From the NCBI GenBank assembly GCA_973895155.1, contig OZ316892.1:15912940-15976939 (forward strand): a stretch of 64,000 nt of DNA, in the 5' to 3' direction. The notes under the pieces were generated by a model, which did not search any database, was not told the origin of the DNA, and was given only the letters and a program-made list of their open reading frames with translations. Every line of letters starts with the position of its first letter. Within the stretch, counting starts at the first letter, position 1. The DNA comes from Marsupella aquatica (lineage: Eukaryota > Plantae > Marchantiophyta). The position numbers and the translations under genes are program-made. Below are positions 27,022-37,327 of the stretch, piece after piece.

Positions 27022-27667
27022 TTTTCCTTGTTTTATTTACCCGTTTATGGAGAACGACGACACTCAATAAGAACGCCGTGACGTGTCGGATTAGAGTAGC
27101 GCCCGACGCTATTATTGTAGCCGGTAGTTCAAAGAGGTTTTTATTTGGTTGTTTTCCTTATAGCGCCCGACGCTAGTATAAATGTACTCAATGGCCGCTT
27201 CACGTCCAATATATGTGACAATATTTTCATACCCTTCAGTGTCTTTTTTTGGGTGCACATTTGCTGGTATGAGTTTTGTTGTTTACTGTTTGTTGTTTGC
27301 TGTCACGGAGAGATCCCCCAATATTTTAGGGACTTGCTTGTTTTTGTTTTAGTTCCACTTTTTCTTTTTCTTAATATGTTTCAATCCGTATTAAGAGACT
27401 CTACTTAATACTAATTCGCATTTACCATTTGACCTTTTCTTTCAAACTTAACAACATTAACCTATTCATTAGCTTTGATTCATAATCAGTTGGTAAAAAG
27501 AATGCTTTCTCAAATAATAATTGATTCAACAAGTTAGTTTAGCTTTCTCTATGATATCAACATTTATCTACTATTTTTCAGCTTCTCATTTGTCTTTCGT
27601 TTGTAAACTTCTTTATGTAACTTGTTCCTATTCATAAAGTCATACACTACTCTCAAGTTTTCTTATT

Positions 27668-28138
27668 CAGCTTTTTACTATCCTGTCCCCCAAACTAGCC
27701 TAATTTCATAACCTGCCCCCCAAACAAATTAAATTGCTAAGTTGCCCCCCATTCCGTAGATCCATTGAGGCATACCCAGTACATGGTCCCTGGTGCCACA
27801 TGGCAAGTTCCCACTGGTCCGGGCTAAGCCCTGCCCCTCTACCCCTTCCCCATTGAGGCACTCCCATCGCCAGCCCGAATAGAGCCATCCCGCTCCTGTC
27901 GCCAGCCCGAACAAAGCCCTCCCGCAAATGACACATTTTTGGCCCCTCGCCTGTACTTGTGAGAACCCTGCCCATGCTTAGCCCGGACCAGTGGAAACTT
28001 GCCATGTGGCACCAGGGACCATGTACTGGGTATGCCTAAACAAATCTACGGAATGGGGGGCAACTTAGCAATTTAATTTGTTTGGGGGCACAAGTTATGA
28101 AATTTGGCTAGTTTGGGGGACAGGACAGTAAAAAGCTG
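27668..28138. mobile_element. Mutator-type MITE, 471 bp, ~160-bp TIRs, 10-bp TSD
   Basis: CAGCTTTTTACTATCCTGTCCCCCAAACTAGCC... mirrored by ...GGCTAGTTTGGGGGACAGGACAGTAAAAAGCTG; TTTTCTTATT on both flanks (27658-27667, 28139-28148). Confidence 0.93.
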
Positions 28139-30367
28139 TTTTCTTATTTTCAAAAATTCATGCATTTCATTCACAAACGCTTTTGTTACAATCAAAGCTT
28201 TTAAATACACATCTTTTTTATTCCTTTATTCAACCCTTTTAAGGTTTTTTGGATTTACAACATTTTTGGAGTCTTCTAATCCACTCTCATCAATCTTTCC
28301 TCAACTAGGGTCTCGACTCGGCTCAGTTCAGGTCTCATGGTCAAGCTTCAATCTCAAGGTCATCAATGGTCTCTCCTAGGCACTTTGAACATAATTTCAT
28401 TCTTTGGCGGGCTTCTTTCATGTCTTCAATTTTTTTACTTCCTTCGTCTCGCCCTTCCTTTTTTTTCAATTTTCCAGTCCCACAACATGAAAAACCTACG
28501 GCCAGAAACCTCAAACCCCATGGCAGCGGATTGTCCCTAATCTGAAAAAGGTTCCTATCACCAGATTCCACTCACTAAATGAATGCAACTCAATTAACTT
28601 ACAATCTTCTTTAAAACTCCAATCTTTGCAAACTCCAGCTGAAACTTCTTAGTTTTTCTCATGGAAACTCACTCCTTCTTCTTGGTCCATGACAATTAAA
28701 TTTAATCCATTGTTTCAGGCCTCCATTTCTCACTTCTTTCTCCCCTGAACAAAACTTCACAGTTTTCTCTGAAGGGTTTTCCCGATTTCTTTAGAACTTC
28801 AGCCTATTCCTATCTCAAACATATACTCCACGGACTGTCCCCATAACTGCTTCCCCGGGTACAACCACTTCTCTCGAACCAAATCAAGCTTAGCCTCCTC
28901 ACCCGTGTCTTTGCTAACAGCAGAGTTCCTCTATTTATTTGTTCATTTTTCACTTTTACAGTCTATCACTCCTTCGGCAGCATTCGAGGCCCCTCTTTTC
29001 ACTTGTTTTTCATCACATGGACTTTGCCATCATTTTCTTCAGTCATAAGATCACCCAAACCTCTTTTATGCATGTAGCTTTCCGCCGTCTCGGTTACTTC
29101 TTTCAGATTCGGAACATCTCTTCCTACAACATCTCGTGAATTTAAGGTTTCTCTACAACTTTTGATTCTGATTCAGATGGAAGCAATCAAGGCCGTTTTC
29201 GTTCTCCATCCTGCAAACTTCATCGTTTTCTTCTACCTGAATTCTGGCCCTACTTTGGTCATTCCTTGAAACTCTCGCTAAGCCTCTTTCACTTTCGCTC
29301 ATTCCTCAGTACCGGTTTCTCTTACAGATCTCTTCTCAATAATGTCGTTATGAACTTTTATTTACATTCATTTTTGTTTTTCGGCTTCTTTTTCTGCTAC
29401 TCGTAAGAAACGATGGAATGCCACTCTTTTCTCTCTTCTTTTTGTTTGAACTTCCTTACTCCGTTCTGTTCAACCTTCATCACGTCTATGCCTTTCCTCA
29501 TTTCTCTTTCCCTGATTTCCGCCCGTGAATTCCTCTCCATATCCGCGTCGCTTCAAGTCACTAGTATGCCACTCCCTATTGACTTTACTGTCCACCCTCA
29601 GGCGCTTCCCTCTCCTCTCAACCAAATCACTATCGACCATCAGCTTCCATTGGAAAACGGGCAGAAAAACTCAATTCTGCCATAACCTTCAATCTCTTTC
29701 AGCCGGCCATCGTTCTTCTATGGATTCCCTAACGCGACCAGCCTCGTTCCTCTGCACCATGCAAACTCTTCTCCTAAGCTTCACTGCTTCCGTTTTTCCC
29801 CCAAGAACTCCAAATTATCGTCCACACCTCCGCCACATCTCTCCCTTTTCCCCAAGCTTTCAAGTGCGCCTCAACCTCCTTTTGACTTTTCTTATTACTG
29901 TTTTGAGTCTTTTGCTGTCTTCTCCTTTCTCCCTTACGACCTCTCCATAGCGCTCTTCCTCTCGACATCAACTTCCAGTGCCCTTTTGCTCCCGTCCTCC
30001 TTATCCCCTTCTTTACCTGAACACTTATCGACTGCCTCCATTCCCGTTCGCATCCCTTTTCTCGCTTCCTCCTTCCTGTCAACTCCTTCCCGAGAATCCC
30101 TCTAACGTCCTCCGCGCCTCCAACTGCCATCTCCAACATGTCCTTATGAATTCAAATCCTCCCAGGCCGCCACATGTCACTTCCACAATAAATGCCTCAA
30201 ATTCCTTAAGCCTAAGCTTCAACTTTCACTTTTTTTATTCCTCTTTTGTCTTATTAACCTTTTTCCACTACAACAAAAGTCACACCCAAATTGCATTCCT
30301 TCACCAAATACCTCCAACTCAAAATTAAGGCCTTCACTTCCCCTTCTCTATTATCCATCCCGACGAC

Positions 30368-30596
30368 ACTGGGTTTGGATTAGATTGATTCCGGGTTAGA
30401 CTGAACTCGGGTTAGCCTAAACTTGGGCTTGGGTTAGGATAGGTAAGGTCGGGTTTGGGCTCAGCTTAGCCTAGGTTAGCGGATAGCGGGTAGCGGCCTA
30501 ACCCGAGACCACAGGTTAGCTCTACTTGGGTTAGATAGGATAGCTAGGTTAGCCAAACTCGGGTTAGCTATGTAACTCGGGTTATCGCAGCAATGA
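30368..30596. repeat. Cluster of degenerate (CTC)GGGTTAG repeats, possibly a hAT-like subterminal array or an interstitial telomere-like relic
   Basis: About a dozen GGGTTA/GGTTAG-type units, ending in CTCGGGTTATCGCAGCAATG. Confidence 0.5.
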
Positions 30597-32271
30597 ATAC
30601 CCTCTCTCGGTTGCGGGGGCATAACTCTCTGTGTATTTGACCAAATTGGTTATAATTGACCTTGTTGGAAAGAGGAGCTCAAGCCGCTTCCAACGTTGTT
30701 ATCCAAGCAGCAAATGGTTGAATAGAGAAATCATGAGAAGAGGGCCAAATCCAAAGTAAATAGCCAATTCGAGATAGAAATAAAGCTACGAGTTAGGGTT
30801 TGGTAGTTAGAGATAGTGGCGGCTCTGTTAGGGCTGGGATGGGGCCTGAGCAGCGTAGCATCCACCCATTTGGGCTCAATGTGAGAGTATATAGAGCAAC
30901 CCCCCGGTAGAGGCAAGGGGGGGACTTCAGTTGTGTGATCTCACGTAGATTGAGCAACAGGGAGGAGCTCTGTGCAAGGAAAGCTGAGCTTGGAAGCTGT
31001 GTGTTGGGGAGAGCTTGGTTGTGCTATTACTTGGGGAGTGATCAGCCACGCTTCACATCAACAGTTGGCCAGGTTTGCAAGCTGGATTGTGGCTCTTTCT
31101 AGTAGGCAACACAATTGGGTTCTTTTTCCCCCAATACAGAGCCTTGGTGATAGGTGATGTGTTGGTCATTGTAAAATGTGGGGAGGATTTCAATGTGATT
31201 TGCGGTGAGCACATTAGGGAGGCTAAGATACTTACTAAGGGGCAACAGGAGGAGCATTTACAGTTTAGTCTGGCAAGGCTACGTGATCCATGGGGAGGCC
31301 TTTGTCTGGTAGAGAGCACTAAGGGATTTATGGCCAGAGCTGAGCTTGCAGGGCAAGCGTAAGGCCGGGTTTCATTGTAGTCTAGGGTAGATCGCCGTAG
31401 GCCTGGTACCAGCTTTGAAGTCGAGTCAACTGTGCATGCGTAACTTGCCATTCTGAAATGGAGGTGTGAGATTTGTATGTGCCCCCAAGAATGAAGTGCA
31501 GTGAAGGAGGTTGAGTTCAGGATTGAGTTTGCAAGGCAAGTATGGGATTGGTTCAAGTCCAATCTGACGTTGCAATCTGGAGTGAGCCGGGCTCAGGTTC
31601 AGGATTGAGCTTGCATGGCAAGCACGTCGCAATTTGGAGTAGACAGCCTTCGGGCCTATTGTTCGGATCAAGTGTTTGCATTGAACTATTGTGCACATCT
31701 TTGAATCTAATTGAGTTTTCCTCTCAGGCCTCATTTCTCTCATGGATGTGTGTGTGTGTGTGAGGCAATCTGAGTGTATGATGGGACTAGCAATGCCATT
31801 GAGAGGTGTATCGGGTGCATTGAAGTGGGTTGGGTGAGGGCTATCACAGCTCTGATTGCTGAGAGTGGAATGGCAGAGTGGTGGGGCAATGGCTTAGAAG
31901 TCCCTAAGCCGGGAATCAGTCCGGTTTATGGGTACATTCCGGTGGCAGAATAGAAATATACCTATGACAATAAGCATGCGTATAGACATATGCGCACCGT
32001 AGCGCTAGGCCCTATGTGTACGGGCCCGATATGAAGACCCCTTCTCACCAGAACTATCATGAGCACAGGATCTGATTTCCAACCTTGGTTCCTAGGGATT
32101 GAGCTTGGGTGATGTGTGACAGAGTCTTGCTATGATAGTCTGGTGTTAAGGGCATAAACTGGTGTTTACCGGCCTTCACAGCATCCCTTTGTGATCCTCA
32201 GGTACAAGGAGATGGTTTTGGCACCCAATAGTGACGTGTTTGGTGTTAAGACCCATGTCAATTGTGTGACA

Positions 32272-33240
32272 AAACGTAGACAATGGACTCCAGCGGAAGC
32301 TTTGCTCCTATGTGAGGATCTGATGGTAAAAGGCTCACCCACACTTAAGAGTATGCTGACAGGGTGGAATCAGAAGAGCAAGCACCTCAGATTCAACTTT
32401 GGAACCGGTCAGCTTCCTGCCTCCCTCACTACTGAACAGACAGTCATGCTCTACTCTTGCAACACGCTCATCTCGAATACAAAAGGTATGGCCTTGCAAT
32501 GATACCTGGCTACTAGACAGATCAAATATCTGACTGATCTATGGACGTCGCACAACAGATGGGTCACAACTGTCGGCATACACTCCAGGATACAGAACAA
32601 TAGACCTAATGGACAGGATGAATTCACCAGGTTCCACTCTAGACTAAGAGCGTGCAGCGGACTGAGCAACCAACATTTAGCCGATTGCACTGCTTGGCAG
32701 TGGATGTGGGAGGGAAAAACAGAGGATGGAAGTTCCCAAATAGAATGTGGGTCAAGAGCACCAGCCCCACGACACAGGACATCACCAAGCTGAATAGGAG
32801 ATGGGGACAACTAGGCACTCAAGGGAGTTGGCAAGAGAAGTGGAAAAAACTTTGGATGGGCTGGTCCATTCCCAAGGTAAGATTCTTTATTTGGAGACTG
32901 TTCAACCACGGTTTCTTCACCAACGGAAGAGGTAGCCACTGGAAGGTCTACAATGGCATCTGCTCCCGATGCAACATGAGTTTTGAGCACACTGAACATC
33001 TGTTTTTCAGCTGCAACAAGGTGACTACTAGATGGCAGGAGGTACATGCCCTTGTCCAACATTCCACCGCTCTCAGCTTCCCTATCACTTCTCTGTTCAA
33101 ACCCATCAGCAATGCCATCCACACACATAAGCGCAAACCTGGCCGCCTGATACTGATATGGAATTTTGCAACAACATTTGGAAGGAACCCAACGCCGCCA
33201 CCTATTCCCAGTTCTTGGGCAGAATCCCAGGATGGGTGAT
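32272..33240 (+). pseudogene. L1 ORF2 3' portion with zf-RVT domain
   Basis: WKKLW...PKVRFFIWRL...CSRC....EHTEHLFFSC; continues the frame broken at 16429. Confidence 0.88.
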
Positions 33241-34109
33241 CCTCCGCCACACTGCTCACCTCTGAAGACTATGCAGGATAGCTGCATTTCTGAAAGGAAA
33301 AGCAAACAGATTAGAACCGCCATTGATCAATTAATAACTGTTCTAAAACCCTGGGAACATATTGATAGTCCTGTTTCTCTTGGCTTGAACGTGAATGATG
33401 GAGAGGGTGAGTGAGATATGGGTCCCTGGACATTGGTGTGACAGGATTTATATGGGCCATTGCAGACAGAACACGAGGATTAATTGCCCCAACCATGTGT
33501 GGGGCGCTAGGAATGAGAGAAATTGTAACTCTAGGGGCACTAGACTTAGAGGTAAGGATGATCGGGGGACTGTGCTGAACTGGAAAGGTAGGCAGTTCAT
33601 GGCCCCTTGGCCTGATTGTTGGTGCGGTTTTGGCTTGTTGTTCCGTTGGCAGCGGTTTGTTCCTGCCCGGGGGGCTTTTGTCGTCCGGTGGGCGAGTTGG
33701 GGACTTTGCCTTGTTTCTTTGAAAAAAAAAGGGAAAAAAAGGAAAAAAAAGGCTGAAGTCACGAGACTACGCACCAGTGGAGATGCTATTTATTAATAAG
33801 GAATTTGCATATGGAAAAACTATTTAGTCCACATTGGATTGGTCTTCCTCAGCATGTCACTTATAGAGAGTTAACTATGTTTGCATGAAATACAATGAAC
33901 TCAATCTTTACTTGCCCCTCCACTTGGTACTTGCTCCAACAAGAAACCAAGTAAACTTGGAAAAAATGAATATATTTTTGAATGAAATAGCAACATGTCA
34001 AGGGCAAAACCTAAAGCTTCATCATGTGCATTGTCTTCACATTGTTGTGTTGACTATGTTTTTTCTCACTTTGTATGTTGTAACCTCATGTGCATAAATG
34101 TATTATCTA

Positions 34110-34480
34110 CACAATGACATATTTTCCACGCATGACATCTTTCATGCAACGACATCTTTTTGCACCATCTTTTTTGAAAATGACCTTTTTTGTGCAGCGC
34201 ATGGGTATTGAGCTATCAAAATCTATAATAAAATGTTCCCGTGGTTTTAGCAGTGGTTGTCAACATCTTCTATACAATGAGTCTTTTTACATGAACATAT
34301 CTTTTAAACAATGACATCCTTTACACAATGACATCTTTTGCGGGATGTCATCCTTTATGCATTGACATTGTTTGCACAAAGTCATGTTTTTTGATAGAAC
34401 ATCTTTGCACAATGTCTTTTACTCAATGACATCATTTGCATAACAATTTCTTTTACTGGACCATGTCTTTTGCGCAACAG
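34110..34480. repeat. Degenerate ~18-20-bp minisatellite (AATGACATCTTTT(G/A)CAC-like)
   Basis: Repeated ATGACATC/TTTTGCAC words across the interval. Confidence 0.55.
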
Positions 34481-34496
34481 CATATTCTCAAACAGT

Positions 34497-35831
34497 CTTG
34501 TCCCTTTAACCCTTTCTCAGGACCTTGTCATATTATTTTTTCCATTTTTTAAATGTAACAGACTGTACAACTATCTAAGTCGGTCCACCACATGTACTAT
34601 CTAAAAGCAATTCAATGTAATGTTGTTTGAAAATAAGTATATAGCTTATGTACTAAGTATTTAGCCTTTCTCACTCCTATATTCATTTGTTTCATTTTTG
34701 GAAATACTTCTGCAGGGAAAGTAGTACTTAAGGTACCTTAATTTTACTCTCTTTAGTTATGAATTAGTCATACCTGAAAGTATTTCTCCAAAGCATAGTC
34801 TTACCTAAACTTTAGGAAGGTGAACCAATGGTTGTGGGTGCTATCCGGGTGCTATTTGGGTGTTATGTTTTAAAAGTTGCTTTTTGCAAATAAATCAGGT
34901 AGGACTAAAACAATTGTTTGATGTAGAGACATGAATTGCCATATGATTTTGATAGTTAATTTTGTGGTTGTTGCACCAACATTGAGCTCAAAATTATAAG
35001 GTCTGCTTTAACATTTGTTACTATGTGCATCCTATATGCTCATTTTTATGAATTCAATCAATGCCCTGTGTACTAAGCTAAAGAATAAAAATTGTTGTTT
35101 AAGTGGCATTGTGTAAATTGCCTGAAATACTCTACCTAGGTGCTCACATCTCAAAAAGAAATTCACAAATGACACCAAGGAAATACTCCCTTCTAAAGTG
35201 AAAATTTCCAAAAATGTTTTTGAAAAAATAGTATCAAAGAATTGTAAGTACTACAATTTATTTGCAAAAAAACAACTTCTTAAAAATAGCACCCAAATAG
35301 CACCCGGATAGCACCCAAAACCATTGGTTCACCTTCCTAGAGTTCAGATAAGACTATACTTTGGAGAAATACTTTCAGATATGAGTAATTCCAAAAAATT
35401 GAGAGAAAATAACTAAGAGAGCAAAAATTACCTACCTTAAGTACTGAAACTGATGCCCACATAGATCCCTAGGTTTGTGAAAATGCTCCCATATATTTTT
35501 GCAACTCAGTCTATTCACAATGTGATAGGGAATATTCTCAATTAGTCCATCCCAATTGTATGGTTTGTGTCTAGGGTCCATGGGAGCACCATTTTTTCTT
35601 AAGTACTACTTTTTTTGCAAAGGTATTTCAAAACATGAAAGAAATGAATATGGGAGTGAGAAGGGCTAGATACTTTGTACATAAATTATATACGTATTTT
35701 CAAACAAGAGTTCGCTCAATTACTTCTAGACAGTACATCTGGCAGACTGACGTAAATAGTTGGACAATATGTTACAATTAAAAAATGGCAAAATAATATG
35801 ACAGGTCCTGAGAAAGGGTTAGAGGGACAAG
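34497..35831. mobile_element. Foldback/MITE-like element with ~400-bp degenerate TIRs; right arm interrupted by an ~165-bp insert
   Basis: CTTGTCCCTTTAACCCTTTCTCAGGACCT mirrored by AGGTCCTGAGAAAGGGTTAGAGGGACAAG; 34823-34895 mirrors 35256-35330; CTTAAGTACT duplicated around 35446-35598. Confidence 0.8.
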
Positions 35832-36675
35832 GGGCCCCATTAAGTATATTTGAAAAGTGAGGTTTCGTGAGTAATATCTTTACCGGGAGGGGCCCCATCA
35901 AGTATTTTGCTGCCTTTGCATCAGATGCCAAAATAAGGAGCTGTACAAGCTTTTGCTGCAGAACTTTAAGGTTTTTGTGGCAATGTGCCAAGCGATGGAT
36001 GGAGTCGCTTAGTGCTCCCAGATTGAGGAATCTGACTCAGCCATTTTGGTGCCTATTAGAGGTCAATGTGATTTTTTGGAGGTCGAGGGAAGTTTGCATA
36101 TTGACAGTCCTTTTAAGGTCCATATAAACTCTAAAGTTCATTTTCCCTCTTCCCCCCCCCTCCTTGGTTTTATGGGTTGCATTTGGTTCTTCATGTTTGT
36201 CTTATTTGGATCACTTTTGCTTTTCCCTTCATTGTAGTTTTTTTGTCTTGCTATAGAAATAATGGTTTTGATTTCAAGAAACTTAATCCTATACTACACT
36301 ATGGAAAGTGAGATCTTCCTCTCCTTAAACAGCTAAGAGTATCAGTCACCAGATGTAAGGCTTTCGAATTCGAGAGAAGGACATAAGTTCGCCAATCACA
36401 CTCCTTTCCCAAATGGGCAGGGTGGCGAGGCGGGGCCAGCCAGATGAAGCTCCCCTAGTCCCCTCTCACAAGTCCATTGCTCATCGACTCATCGCTCCCC
36501 TCCTCGGGAGGCGCAACGGGCCGAATCAGACCGAGTTCTCCTCAGCGGCAGCCATCGGTCACTCCGTACAGTAGTAGGAAAGAAACGTTTTTCTACGGGA
36601 ACATTCTTGGCATCTCCTAATGCAATGCTCGAATGATGAATCTGGCGTGAATCTTCGGTTACCAGGGGCCAGGGG

Positions 36676-37327
36676 GCATATCCACTCGGATGAATCTTTG
36701 CGACTCATATCAGAGTATATCCACTCGGATGAATCTTTGCGACTCATATCAGAGTATATCCACTCCTCGAACCTCGCATCTGTCCTCGGTACTCTTCCCC
36801 ACCCACTCCATGCCCATGAATCTTGCGTGAATCTTTTTCCACCTCCGTATATTCGTGATTCCACTCGGTCACCGCGGTACTAATATAAACGGTTTTTCCC
36901 AGTACTCCCCACCCCCGTCCGGTACGACTGCTGCGACTCGCGGCCTGCAGAGTCTCACGGGAGAATCTACTCAAACAGCTTTTAAATTTGTGTTTATCTG
37001 AGGGAAGAATATTCTACCTGGTATAATAATAATGATCTCGTCGTCTATCTACGGGGCCCACGGTATTGATTGCTACCACTACCGTGTGGGATCGTCGTCG
37101 CTTCTGAGGGATCTCGGATGGATCTTCTGATGCGGCTACTCGACTCGTACCAGCAATTCATTCATTTATCAATCACAAGCGAAGAACAAAAACTTCAATT
37201 CCATCCGAGCCTGCTCCGGCCACTTTTCGTTCATCGCAATCATTTTTTTTTGGAAGGTCAGTAGCAAGACTAAAAGTTGTCGGGCAAATATTCGGATTCT
37301 TATCCTTATCTGTTCACCAGAATATTC
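36676..37327 (+). promoter_or_regulatory. Cluster of six P1BS (GNATATNC) sites, several GAATC motifs and a TATA-like element upstream of the HHO gene
   Basis: GCATATCC 36676, GTATATCC 36715 and 36754, GTATATTC 36847, GAATATTC 37007 and 37320; TATAAA at ~36884; 39-bp tandem duplication at 36678-36765. Confidence 0.65.

Larger units (their letters stand above)
17902..27371. mobile_element. Mutator-like DNA transposon, copy 1 (transposase plus ParB-like/methyltransferase gene)
   Basis: Left end GGGTATAACCACCGTGCTAG matches the copy-2 end at 50731 (15/20); CTCGTA(C/T)(G/A)AG subterminal repeats at 17941-18093; two divergent spliced genes; right end tentative (possible TSD TAATATTTT/TAATATGTT). 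Confidence 0.75.
16430..32271. mobile_element. Composite TG...CA insertion (LTR-derived, with nested elements) that splits the L1
   Basis: TSD GAACG (16425-16429) / AAACG (32272-32276); imperfect terminal inverted repeat TGTGACGCCAATGACATGG / TGTCACACAATTGACATGG; L1 frame KKER|RQWT is restored when the insertion is removed. Confidence 0.75.

Noticed and set aside
32000-32014. TAGCGCTAGGCCCTA, a near-match to the palindrome outside the MULE family
   Set aside because: Single imperfect copy in LTR-like DNA; treated as chance but noted as a caveat
36559-36883. ORFs with repeated peptides (HSDESLRLISEYI / EWIYSDMSRKDSS)
   Set aside because: Produced by the 39-bp promoter duplication; better explained as cis-regulatory DNA
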